DNA from: Nemertoderma westbladi
Lineage: Eukaryota > Animalia > Xenacoelomorpha
Length of the DNA stretch: 64,000 nt
NCBI GenBank assembly: GCA_032718475.1
Contig: JAUCBJ010003333.1
Span: 62,001 to 126,000, forward strand
Direction: 5' to 3'
Part shown: piece by piece, positions 1-12,700 of the stretch
How the letters are laid out: each line of letters opens with the position of its first letter
Numbering within the stretch: position 1 is the stretch's first letter
Notes under the pieces: generated by a model
Seen by the model: only the letters and a program-made list of their open reading frames with translations
Told to the model about the DNA's origin: nothing
The model's database searches: none
Made by a program: the position numbers and the translations under genes

Positions 1-1404
1 GCAATCACTGCCATGAAATAGAACATTTATACCTTAATAAGTTACAACATTTGAAACGGAATGGAAGTAAATATGGTAGAAACAAAAATAGTTAAGATTA
101 GAAAAGCCGGCCGTCTCACTCAAAATGACTCTTTCACATACTTTACGACTACAAACCCGTCACAATGTCAAATAAGTATGAATACCTCGTGTCACCCTAC
201 AAACAGCGCTGTGCTTCACCAACCATATAAAAACCAAAATAAAAAAATGTTACGGTGCAATCGGCTCCATTTCTCACCTATATCTGCTCTCGGGCCAGTT
301 ATAAAGTCTATAACATGTCCCTCGGGTAAATAACTCGTAAAATAACTAAATAACCTGGTAATAAATTATGTTATAAAGTTGGAAACAATTTCTATTAATG
401 ACAAATTTAAATTCTTATAAAATATGTAACTTTTATAGCTAATAGGAATAGAACAGTTGTCAACAATAAAACAGGGGTAATATTGAAGGGGCACTTTAGC
501 ATAGCCCGATGTGTGGGCGTTTTTTGAAAATTTTGCAGCATTTTTAAAATAATTTTTTTTTAGTTTTTAAATGGTAACTGGAACAAATATAATATTATGT
601 TCAAATAAAATAAAACAAGTCGGCAATTTAATCAAATGAACGATCGAAATGAACACAAATTAATTTTAGATAATAATTCTTTAAATGTTCAAGAAAAATG
701 TCAGCTATTTGTTATATTTTGTTATATATTATTATATATATTATTTTATAAAAAATAATGTTCTAGAACAAATATTTTTACCCTGGAACTTTTTTTTCCC
801 GAGAAAAAAAACAAGGCTTGCATTAATATAAACCATAAACCTCTAAAACGCGAGAAAGGAGTTGTCACAAGCAATTGAACTATTGAAAGGATTTACAAAA
901 TTTCGTGCTGGCACCAAAATTGCAAAACTGCACCGAAAAATACAAGTTTGATACGCCTGGTGAAACTCGTATACTGAATATTCTATCGAAACCAGAAACC
1001 CAAAAACCCCTATTGCGTAAAAAAAAACAGGTTCAAAACAATCAATTTACAAAATTGACTTATTTAAAAATTTGGTGCTGCACCAAAATTTGGCCCCGAG
1101 AAAAACAAGTTTGAAATTTTTAAATTAATTTATATGAATTCCATCTAATTGCAAACACCAACAGTCCACTGATGCACCCGTCTAGTTATATTAATATTCA
1201 GTTGAAATATTTCAAATTAATAAAATACTAAGAAGGTATTATATTCTAGTTCAAAATAAATACTAACCAAATATCATCTTCAAACTTACGTGAGGACAAC
1301 ATCTGTTATTCACACACAATAAACTCTCGACGGCTCGTCGTGACTACAACATAAACACTGATAGTTGGATTAACCGTTAAACTCCTCCCAACGTTCCATT
1401 ACAT

Positions 1405-1518
1405 TTAATTATAAATGATTTGTTGTGGGGTGGGTGACGGCGAATAAATATATGTTAAAATACTATAACATATATTTATTCGCCGTCACCCACCCCACAA
1501 CAAATCATTTATAATTAA
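1405..1518. repeat. Perfect inverted repeat (53-bp arms, 8-nt loop)
   Basis: 1405-1457 TTAATTATAAATG...TATGTTA is the exact reverse complement of 1466-1518; loop AAATACTA. Confidence 0.95.
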
Positions 1519-1812
1519 TTAACACGCACGGCCGGCATACGGGGTTACAGTGGTTTCTACAACACTGTATAATAGTTATTCTTTGAGGCATGGTTGCCAT
1601 TTCTGGCAGAGCACGGGAATAACATTGTACTTTCCTATGAGTGACGTAAAAAGGCCTAAAAATGATAAAAGAAAAAAGTACTATATCATATATTCCATTA
1701 GATTTACATTTCGGGGCTCGCTAGCCCCCCCCCCCCCCCCCCCCCCTTATTATATATAATTATATTCGAATAAGAAGAATAAATTATAGTTAAATGTTAT
1801 TTTATCTTTTAG

Positions 1813-2686
1813 ATTCAATAATCCCCCTAACAATGGCGGCGATCCTGGAACTCAAACTGATCCCGGGTACCGAGGAGGTTGTATTTGTGTCTCACAACCT
1901 CCCCTGTATCATAAACTCATCGACTCTCTACGAAAAGGAATATCTACCACGATCCGGAGGTTCTATCGATTACTACACAGTCGCGGTTTCTTCGGACGGG
2001 AACCGCGTTGCCTCGGGAACCTTGGGGGGGGGGGGGGTCGGTGACAGTCTGGGAGCGGGAAGCGAGCGGTTGGAGGGTCGTAGTGGAGGTACCGGGGATG
2101 GGAGTTAGTGGTTGGTGAGGGGGAGGGTAGAGCGGGAATAGATATAAATCCCTCCAACCGGGACGTCATAGCAACATGTGGGGACGTCGAGGGATTTCTA
2201 TTATATCAATAACTGGTAGGAACTATAAGGTTACGAACTGGGTGGGGCATTCTGGGTGGGTTAAATGTATTCGGTTCGACTCGAACGGGTCCCGGTTGGC
2301 CAGCTGTTCGCGGGATAGAACAGTAAAAGTTTGGCGGACCGGAACCCGGGAGCTGTTGTACCAATACCGGGGGCACAGTGGGAGGGTCTGGGATCTGTGT
2401 TGGGGTCCGGATGGGGAGTCTGTAGTGTCGGTAGGCGAGGGAGGGATGATCCATCGCTTCGTTGTTGGTACAGGGGAGACCTTGTGGAGACAGGAAGCAA
2501 CTCCTGAGGTCCGGAAGATCGTATTGAGTCCCAACGGGTTGAGGATCGATGCTGTTGGGGAGAACGGGTTGATTTATAGCCTATAATAAATTCTGGAAAC
2601 GGGGAGGTTATCAACCGGATTGAAGGAACTGGGAGCCACATCGACGCTGTGGATTTCTGTAAAGACAAACCGGCTTATTATTACAG
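1813..2686 (+). pseudogene. WD40-repeat coding exon with frameshifts (pseudogenised, or homopolymer errors)
   Basis: Acceptor TTTTAG|1813 and donor 2686|GTAATT. WD40 motifs VAVSSDGNRVASG, GHSGWVKCIRFDSNGSRLASCSRDRTVKVW and GHSGRVWDLCW are spread over several frames. One break is in the G-run at ~2023-2037, another near 2580. Confidence 0.75.
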
Positions 2687-3072
2687 GTAATTAATTAATA
2701 GACTTCTTTTATTACAACACGTTCAATTAATTAGTTATGCCTAGGGTCTAATTCAATACCGTACCACGTACCATAGTAAGTAATAATAAATAACACTTAT
2801 ATGAATTAAATACATTAATTATTATTCTCTAAAACAATTTAATTTATTTAATAATTGACTTACCGATATGATGCGGATTAACTGAATATTACCCTTCACT
2901 GCCTCCTGCCAATATTGGGTACCATGGGAACGAAATTAAAATTAGTCTAATTTCAGAATATAGACCACTGAAAATCAGAAGGTATTACAACATAGTCATG
3001 TTGTCAGATAGTTTTAGGTACAGTTTGGATCCGGTAAATGTAACATAAAATAAACTAATAAACCAGCATTTA

Positions 3073-4206
3073 TGTTCGCGCTTTTAGACCTTTAGCAGTT
3101 TTAGTTGTCCTCTTGTTTATAAATCGACTTTAGCCTATATCAATTATTTAATGTACTGAAGTTACATCAGCCGAAGCCAGTCTGTGCGCGATCATTCACC
3201 CACAGTTAAGGGAGACTGGATTCGGGAGCCTTGAGAGTTATTGCAATGTAGATCTACTGTATTATTCGATTGATTGTTACTATATAATCTCTGACAATAT
3301 ATTTACTTTTGGGGAAATATTAACAGTTCCTTTAGGACGTGGCGCTTTAAGTATAAAAACAGAGTTATGACTTATACTAATCACAACTAGATGGCCACAG
3401 AGTTTCGTAAATAGCGCATTCTTTAGGAGATGCTTTATTATCTTTCACACTACTTCACACGACTTCACACTACTGCGCACTAATCTGCCGACCGTCACTG
3501 AATTTGATCATATATAAGGAAGATCGCAACTGACACTTGTAGGGATTATGAAATAGCATTTAATTCACACAAAAACCACTATAATTTAAGTCGCAGTTGC
3601 TACCGGTAACCTGTTCCTCTTACCTTCAGTAATCAAGAAGATTGGGGGTTTTATGATTATTTATCGGTATTCTCCAAATATATCAGCAATATACATCAAT
3701 ATAACAACAATTAATAACAGACCGTAAACAGAAGTAAAATAATGCGGTGAACAGTCAGTATGTGTTACGTAATGCATTGGGTTCAGTAATGAGATAGGTG
3801 GGATAATAGATTTACGTTCTTGTAATCAAAGCCATCTGATGTTTAGGCCAAAGTCTGAAACTTCTACACAGAAGTACAGAAGAATTCCAAGCCGGTTCTG
3901 AGGCTCAGAAAAAGGTAAACAAAGACCGTAATGCATTGTGCGGGTTTCCATAGGCCTCTATTAGACATAAAGTGAAAATTGCTCTGATTGGCTGAGCAGA
4001 ACAAAGAAGTTCCACGTCCACAAAGAATCAGCTGAGAGATTTCGTCATCTGGGCTCTGATTCCTCCCTTTCACGTATTTGGATAAGTTTAGGGCTATTTT
4101 AGAGTATTCTGCGCATTGCGGCAAAAATGACTTGTTATGTCCGCAAAAGCACCTACACTGCGCATTGCGGGAAAAATGACTTGTTATGTCCGCAAAAGCT
4201 TTTACA
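3073..4206 (-). repeat. 3' LTR of BEL/Pao element
   Basis: TGTTCGCG...TTTTACA, highly similar to 24560-25725. Purine-rich PPT-like GGGAGCGG abuts TGTAAAAG on the minus strand (4207-4214). Confidence 0.95.
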
Positions 4207-7200
4207 CCGCTCCCAGAAAATGGGATTTAAGTCTATAAAATATAAAAATCACAGTTTCTAAAATATAAAAATACTCTAAACGATTAGTCCTTCTTACATG
4301 AACGGCGTTTACAAAGTTTTTTGAGGCTAGCAAGAGTCCTTTTCTCTTTGGGTGAGCCACTTTACTAGGAGGGCTATAACTCCTGGGTGAGGGGTGCAAT
4401 ATGATTGCATCGGAAGGTTTAGGGTTACGGTTGGTGTATCCTCCGGTCGAGGTACCCGGTTGATTGATATCAACCTCAGCGGAACGAGGTCGAACAACCT
4501 TTAGAGCGCGTTTCAAGACGGCGGCTCTTACTGGTCCCTGACGAGTCGTTTGCACGAGAGCAGTAGATGGACCGTGAGTAGTGAGAAATTTCCTCGGTTT
4601 GATGGTTCTTTCTAACTCGCGTTCTCGGGCTCTATATTCATAGGGTCGTCTATGAACTTCCTGTAGTTCTGGATGCGAGTTGATGAACAAGTCACCATAT
4701 TCCGGATCTTGACGGATGAAGTTGATCAAGTTATAGGAATTAAGGTCGTTAGGATTAATGTTCCTGAGGTACTTGCGAACAAATTTGGTCGAAATATTCT
4801 CGCCAACACGCTTCATTAGCTCGTACCTCGGTGTGCGAGATTTTTGCTCAACGGAAGCAAAGAGATACGGGTGAAACGCATAGACTCCTTCCTAGGCATG
4901 TCCAGGGTAGTATCGATGATGTGACTCGCAATGGAGATCCGCGTTAGCTTCCCAGGCTCGAATGTAACGTAGGGCAACCATTTCGTCTACACTTTCCAGA
5001 TCTCGGTTGAAAGGGCAATCGAAACTTGCGTGTCCTTTAAACTGGCAATGATGGCATTGAGTCATAAATTGAGGGCAGACTGCGAAGATGTGTAAGTTAT
5101 TGAGTCTACAATACGCACAATAGATCTCCATGGTAGGTTGATCTTGAAAGTAGGAGCAGGGTACGCTGGAGTCCACCGGGGTGAAGTGGTCTCGTGATGC
5201 GCATAATCGGCAACGTTTCATAGAAACATAATTGGCATGCTGATAATCGTATGCGGTGAGACATTGTGGACCTTGATACCATTCCAGGACATAGTCGTTG
5301 TCACTGCTCCTGGGCGCTGTGGGTTGAATTTCCTCGAACTCTAAGCAAATTGGTCCGTCTTCCAATTGCATAGCTGAGGTAGGTGTAGCTGTCTCCTCAA
5401 GCGAACCCACTGTTTGATCTTCCACGATAGAATAACCTGTGGGGATTCAGGGTCTTTGTATAACAGAGGAATGTAAGTTCTGTATACAAACGTCCTTGAA
5501 AATGGCGAATCCAGCGCTGTCTAACTTCTCAGCAGCTGAGTCTCTTAGGCTGAGCTTAGTCAGAGCGCGGTCCTTGAACTGACTATCAACGTTACGGAAC
5601 AAAGTCAGAAAGCGCCTAAAGCATTCGAATCGAATGAATTTATTGTGTTCATCTAGCTTGGCGAGTTTGGTTCCAAGTAACAAGGGATGGGCGCATATAG
5701 TGCGACTGCACACATCGGCTAGCCAACCGGCAAGTGCGGTATTCTCGAAGATAGTGTATATAGCTAATTAGGGACAAAGTGGAACACTCATATGAAGCTA
5801 TAAACGACGCCAGGTGCGGTTAAAGGTCCGTCAAAGTATAATCGAGAATAATGATCTCCATATTCTTGTTGATAGCTGATAGGGTTTCCGACTTTGAAAT
5901 TCCATCCGTATTCTTGGAAGGCAAGATGTCCGATGGAGGTTCGTTGTACTTTATTGATGCCGCTGGATGTATTGGCATACATTGTTCGGAAGAAACCTCA
6001 GCCTTCTGCCCAGGGAGCAATCAGCTGGGTGTCTACGAAAGGATATGGGATATTCTCCAGGTTCCTGAAGTCATTTTGGAGATCTCCATAAACAGCTGAG
6101 CCGATTTTAAGGATTCTTTCGTTAAACAACATCTCGAGCACTGGCTGGGGCAACATCGATCCATCTATACCCATGGCCGGTTTGCGCTCGGTATCGGTGA
6201 CGTAACGCTGTGCGAGTTCGAATTGTCCATGTCGGAGATTCTTTTGTATCTCAGTGAGAGTCTCAAAAGAATAATCGATCACGTCGGAACACGCTCGAGT
6301 AAACACATGGGTAGAACCAGCTAGTCCTCGTATGTGTATCATTTGTGAGGTTCCCAGTACGGCAACCGGAACGCTACCTTCGTTATCGTAAGTGACAACT
6401 CCATACATTTCGATAACGTTAAGAGTCTCGTTCCACTCTTTAGTGGCGTTTTCTATGGTCATACCCACCGGATGCCAAAAGGTGGCGCGTTCGCTAGCGT
6501 TAGGTAGATCGCTATACTTCCGATAATGTGTAGTATACATCTCTACATCTCCATATCACTGTATTCTCTCTTCCTCGAATAATACGTCGAGATTCCAATG
6601 AACTAATCGAGTTTTAATAAATCCATCGAGATTATACGGGGGCATTATATCCTTTTCTATTCTGGAAACATTATAAGGTTTTCTGAATGAGTTTACGTTG
6701 ACCAATTGATCTAAATGTTTCTGTAGTTGTTCGAGTTCAACAAGATCTAGGGGATTTATCAGTGGTAGAAACCTTAAACTGTGCGTAGGATCTTCCTGTT
6801 TCAACATAAAATATTGAGTTAGATTGACGTAATAAGGATGGTATTTGATCCCATAAAATGAGCTCGGTAAAGGTCTGGCGCGTAGGTTGACCTCGTGTAC
6901 CATACGACAGACAAGATCCGCTCGATTGTCCGGAGGTTCAACGAGTATACCGTCGACACGAGCGGCCTCGATTGGCGGACATTGTAACATAGGAGCGTCA
7001 GCGATAAGATCTCTAGATCTTAAGTTGATATCAACCAGTTGGGGTTGTACCGTGGCGAAGAGTTTGTCTCCGAAATGAGGAACCATCGAGGGGTGAATGA
7101 TGGTTTTGGAATAGAGATCAGTCATAAGGATTTGAGCTTCTGGTTGGGCTAAAGCTGCTTCTTCTCTCTCGTCCATTTCGATGTGCTTCTCCTCGAGCTG

Positions 7201-8538
7201 ATTTTCCTCCGCTTGTCGTTGGAAGCGTTCGTCTAAAAACTCTTGTAGAGAGTAGGTTCGTCCAAGTTCGATGTCTTCCTCGAGGTTCTGGATTTCTCGA
7301 TCGAACTGCGGTAAGGCCAATTCCTTTACAGCTTGGACTTGCTGCTGCAATTTACGTTTATCTAAACAATCGTAACTTCCTTTTCCGATCTTTTGCCGAA
7401 TAGCGTCTAACGCGTTTCGTACAACGCTCTCCTCGACCTCGGTGATGGGTTGTATTGGGGTTAAACCGGGACAATTATACGGGTTGAACGGCGATATTAA
7501 ATGTCCGCGTCCCAATCCGGCTAGGTAGGATGAGCGAATATCTAGAGAGCCCACTACCGGAGTGCCACTGATTAATTTTTCGGGTAACACTAGATCTTTG
7601 AACAGTGAGTACAGTTCAGGAGGATCCGTTATACTATTAGGATCAAGAGTCTGAGGTCTCTCCAGGGAATGAGGAGGTCTGACCGAGTATTCCGGAACTC
7701 TGATCATCGGTTTATTTAAGGATCGTTTGAGGCGAGCGAGCGTAGGTGATACGTCGAACAAGTTTCGCTCGAAACTCCCGTAAGTATAGCGAGTAAAACT
7801 GTGTTTAGCACAACGTCTCCGCGGATGTTTATGTCTTTCCGTTTGTTGGTTGGGTCTAGGGCATTCATCGCAATAATACCAAAGACGCACGTCTTGTAGG
7901 GGAAACGCGGGTGATCTTTCTCCAGTTTTACAATATTCCTCCATCTGTTCGAAGCTATCCGTTACAACAGGTAGCGGTCGATCGGCGGTAAGATACATCA
8001 TAGTGAAATAGAGTTGTTTGAGTTCTATCATAGGGTCATTATGTATTCCTTGAGGATATCGAGTTTCTAGATTTTGTTGACTGGCTACATTGAGATATGT
8101 TTCTCTCAAGAATTCCAAATATTCGTTGAAGTCACTTCGTTTATCCGGCTCTTCAATGTCTTCCCTTTCGAGTCGGTTTCGAATAGAATTCTCATGTTCG
8201 ATTCTCAGTTTATCGTTCCGACTCCACTGGGTATGATATTTAAATAGGATCATTTCCCTTTCGGTGTCTACATCGTCCGTGTCGTGTAAATCGATAGGAT
8301 GACCAGTAGTTAAGAAGTCCATATACGTACCATTACGATGCATATAGTGAGTGGTGAATTTTCTATAGTCTAATTCACGCGTGAGCTGTTCCTTTGACAT
8401 TGGCGGTTCGATATAACAGCCATCGTCCTCCGTAGTGGGTTGACTAGCGTCGCCGCTTATTAAACTATCAACAAACGCTTGCAAGGGTAGGGTATATCGC
8501 TCCCTGATACCAAGATCATCTTCTATCAACTCAGTCAT
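4202..8538 (-). pseudogene. BEL accessory ORF (~1,440 codons): unknown/coiled-coil N-terminus, DEDDy 3'-5' exonuclease, triple CCHC zinc knuckle
   Basis: ORFs 8538-6556, 6540-5998 and 5982-5788 share one frame, separated by single TGA codons. ORFs 5713-5447, 5425-4892 and 4816-4202 share a second frame, separated by single stops, so one frameshift lies near 5790. Exonuclease motifs VTYDNE, LPQPVLEMLFNERILKIGSAVYGDL, FVDTQLIA, SIGHLAFQEYGWNFK. Knuckles CRLCASRDH..C, CAYCRLNNLHIFAVCP, CHHCQFKGHASFDCP. Confidence 0.8.
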
Positions 8539-9359
8539 AGCTGCTATATGAGTTTATCGATATTATAATAAATTATATTTAGGCTAGCGGTCGTCGCTGC
8601 CTCCCCCTCAATGCTCCCGGACAGCGCAAGATCCTCAGCGCTGATGTACTGTCGTCGCTGTGCCTCTCGCCAACGTAGTAGCTACACAACGACAACAATA
8701 ACCAGCGCAAGTCACTCCACTGTCCGTCCCAAGGGCTTAGAATTACTTCAGGTTCTTGCTACAGAGGCAAGGTAACTTTCACAACTGCGACTCGCTACTG
8801 TAAACACACTTTAGTAGTAACATTCACCTATAAATGCACAAATTCCACACACCAGTCACAAATTGTACACATTCGGGCAATTTGTCCGTTAGTCAAGTGC
8901 CTTCCAGAATGCCACGTTATTATTATGTATCCCTGGATACTAGCAGGGTGCTATTTATTCCGTATGCTATTCAATGGGGCAAGCTTTCTATTGTTCTTTT
9001 AACTCGCTTCTAATTCTAGCGTGGTTGTTGCTATGGTGACATTATGGAAAGCTAGCAGTAGAATTAGGGTAATTCTCATGCATACAGATCTGGGATGCTA
9101 TTTAATAGTAATTCTTTAATTGTCAATATTCCCCTTTATAAATGATTTTATGAATTTTATCGGCTATTGACTATACATTGGAGATTCTCGCACACTAATA
9201 TACTTAATAGGGTGAATCTCCACTCCCATGATCTATTAATTAATGGAATTTTGGGAATGTTATAAATTGTACAAAATGACAATTTATCAAATTCATGAGA
9301 GGATATGAATTTAAAATTTATTCCCGTGAATTTTATTATTTAATATTAAAATAGACACA

Positions 9360-9750
9360 ATTTTATTCCAGAACATGTCTGGGGACTAGGATCCTTAATT
9401 CTAGGAAATTTGTCTTTTTAAGAGTATCGGTAAGTGCTACGATATCTTAATCGACTAGTATTTTAAAGGATCTGAATTTTAACAGATTTTTGATTTATAG
9501 ATTTTCTTGGTTTACAAACTCCTTAAGAGTTTATTTGTCAGCATTTACTCTATTATAACATTTGTTTTAATAGAATTTATAAATATTTATTAAATATTAA
9601 ATATTTAAGATGGGCACCGATTTATTCCAGAACATGTCTGGGGACGTTAACCACTGATTCTAGAATTTTGTCTTTCAAGTATATCGGTGGGTGCCTCGAT
9701 ATCTTAATCGACTAGAATTGCAGATGGTCAAAGGGTTTAACAGATTTGTT
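9360..9750. repeat. Diverged ~130-bp direct repeat pair in the pol/accessory-ORF spacer
   Basis: TTTATTCCAGAACATGTCTGGGGAC...CGATATCTTAATCGACTAG...TTTAACAGATTT occurs at ~9362 and ~9621. Confidence 0.8.
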
Positions 9751-12700
9751 TTGCGTTTTAACGCTACTGTTAAATGGACATCATTCTACTATATGTATTA
9801 TTTAATATACGGTATGAGAGCAATATTGCAAGAAGCTATGTCAGTGAGAAGAGGCAAGTCGTTTCCAATGTCTACCCAGAGCTTGGTTTAGCCGAGACAC
9901 GAGGATCTGAACTTTGCATTCCTAATACTCTACTTACCAATAATACTACCAATATTACCAATAATAAGTATAGTAGGAGCGGTATTTTGTACTTTAATAA
10001 GTACGGACATTTCATCTTACTGTAGTCACGTATTTATAATATGATACGGACAGTAAGGAAAGAGAAAAAAGAATTATTTCTCGCCGTTAAACTTAAATAT
10101 ATAATGCTAAGTAATTAAGTAATAAACACGAATATATATATTGCACTAATCTACTGAATAATCGCTAAAATAATATTCTACTAAATAAAATTAAAGAAAA
10201 CGATTATAATAATAAAATTACGTAATAATACATATATAAATATAAAAATAATAATAAAATATATATAAAATAATGTAGTCACACACCCACTCCAGACCCT
10301 GTTACGTTGAGGAGTCCCTAGATGTTTGTTGGATTAGGGAGTTGGTCGTAGGAAGAGTATCTTGCCTTCCATAGTTTCCGGATAGCTCTCTGTCTCTTTC
10401 CAGTAAACATAAACGACCAACTGGGCGATTGAGTTGTTGTGTTTCGAATACAATTCCAGGTTTCTTAAAGTTACATCGCATGACGACGAGTTCTACCGAT
10501 CGCACTAAACCATCATCGGATATATGAGTCTCGATGATACGACCTGTCTGCCACCTTTTACGTGGAAGATCTGATTTCACAATAAGGACCATGTCTCCGG
10601 CGCTGACGTTTTCTTTCTGCGCAAACCACTTGGTTCGAAGTTGTAGCATTGGCAGATAATGTTTTTCGAAATGGTCAGCGAAACGACGGGATAATAACTG
10701 CATAAGTTGCCAAGTTTGTCGGCAGTATTCGTCTCCGTCCGTGATTTCCGATTGCGGGAGCATGGCTACAGGTTTCTTTAGTAGGAAATGCGCGGGTGTT
10801 AGTGCTTCTAGGGAGTCGGGACTCGATGAGACTGGCATGAGCGGTCTCTCGTTAAGATATGCGGCGATTTCTTCCATTAACGTCCGCAAATGTTCGTCGG
10901 TGAGATACGCGCGGCACGGCACTATAAAGTGAAATGCGGTCTTCACGCTCCGTATTAATCTCTCCCAACTTCCTCCCCACCAAGGGGCGTCGGCGGCGTT
11001 AAAGGTCCAGCTAGATGCTGTTACCCTTAGATGATCGTCCACCTGTCTTTGGTTCCAATCTTTAACGTAAGCTTTGATCTCATTATTGGCGCCAATGAAG
11101 TTCGTTCCCTTGTTGGATCACATGGTGTTGCTAGTTCCAAAGCGAGTGATCTGTCGGCGTAAACTCAGTATGAAGCTGTTGGTAGATAGATCGTTCACCA
11201 TATCTAGATGGATCGCTCTACAAGTCATACAGACAAAGATGACAAACCATCGCTTGACTATAGTCCTAGCACGATATACTTCAATAGGGCCAAATAAATC
11301 CACACCAGTATTAGTAAAGGGTGGTTCATAGAAGCTTACTCGTTCCCTAGGTAATTCTGCCTCTCGCTGTGTCAAAGGCCTACTGAATGCTTTCCTACAG
11401 GGTATTCAGTTCCTAAGAACTTGGTTCAGAGCTCTACGGGGCTTATGGAAATAATAGCGAGTTTGAATTTCGCTAAGAACTCGTTCTCTACCAGCATGGT
11501 AAAGCCTACCGTGAACATCTACAATCATCTTGATTTATATTTCAAGATTTCTAATGAGTATGGGAAATTTATTGTCAAAGGACAATGGAGCATTAGTTAA
11601 TCTCCCTCCGACACGTATTAACCCATCTATCATTGTGCTAGAGAAACGATCCCTTAAGTGCATCTGTGGATTTCTCAACAACAATCTTCATAGCATTGCT
11701 GGAGTCTCAGTATCTGTTTATTGGTTTCTTCATGCTCTTGGTAACTGATCTTCTCCGTCAGAAACCTATCCGACACTTTGTAAGTGGGCAGATCTTTAAT
11801 AGCATGGACCTTTTCGGATATTGTTGGAGCGGTATCATTAGCGATCTCCGTCCTAGAATAGTGATGATGGAAACATCTCTTGAGATACACAACGGCCTTA
11901 CAAAGCCGATTCCAGGAGCTATAATGATTTATTGCTCTCTGCAGGAGAGGTGATAGTCCTTGCGAGACGTCTGGTGTTCCAGATTTCCAGTCTCTTTCTC
12001 TGATTTCTATATCAGATTTGTTCGTTGCGGGGGAGTTTAGATCCACAGCGTCATCCCTGGAGATGTGTAATACAGACAGATCTATCACGGGTTTAAATAA
12101 CTTTGATTTACTCATCCGGGTTTTAGGTTTAACTTTCTCCGCTCCCTTGGCTTGTCTAATCTCAGCCGTGGTGAGATGAGGAGGCCATTCATCCTCTTCT
12201 TTACTTAGGAAGTCGGGTCCACCAAACCAATCTGGAGTATCTATCAGTTCTTGAGGGGTTGCTCCTCTAGAGGCGATGTCGGCTGGATTAATCGTCCCAG
12301 GGCAATGTCTCCTTTGATCTACATTAGCGACTAAGTATAATGGCTACTCTGTTGGTAACGAAGACGCTGAACTGACAGACTTCATTGGTTATATACTCCA
12401 GAACGAGTAAAGCATCAGTCCAATAGACAGTTTTCTCCAGTGGATAGTCGATCTGTTCTGTTACATTCCGGCCGATGGCTGTAGCGTATAGAGCCGCCTT
12501 TAACTCCGCTCGAGGAACTCGTAGTTTGTTGTTTATCAAGGCCTTAGAGGTAACCAAGGCAACTTTAATTCCATCTGGAGTTTCAACCCTCAGGTAGGCT
12601 ACTATACCTATTCCCATATCGCTGGCGTCTCCAAACACATGGAGTTGATAGGAATACGTGGGGAGAACGTGACCAAAATATGAACGGGAAATCGAAAAAG

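Noticed and set aside
5010-5215. Nanos gene
   Set aside because: Cys/His spacing fits CCHC knuckles rather than the Nanos double finger, and it lies inside the TE ORF.
6556-8538. env gene of the BEL element
   Set aside because: No signal peptide, TM helix or fusion-protein Cys pattern visible; it is in frame with the exonuclease domain.
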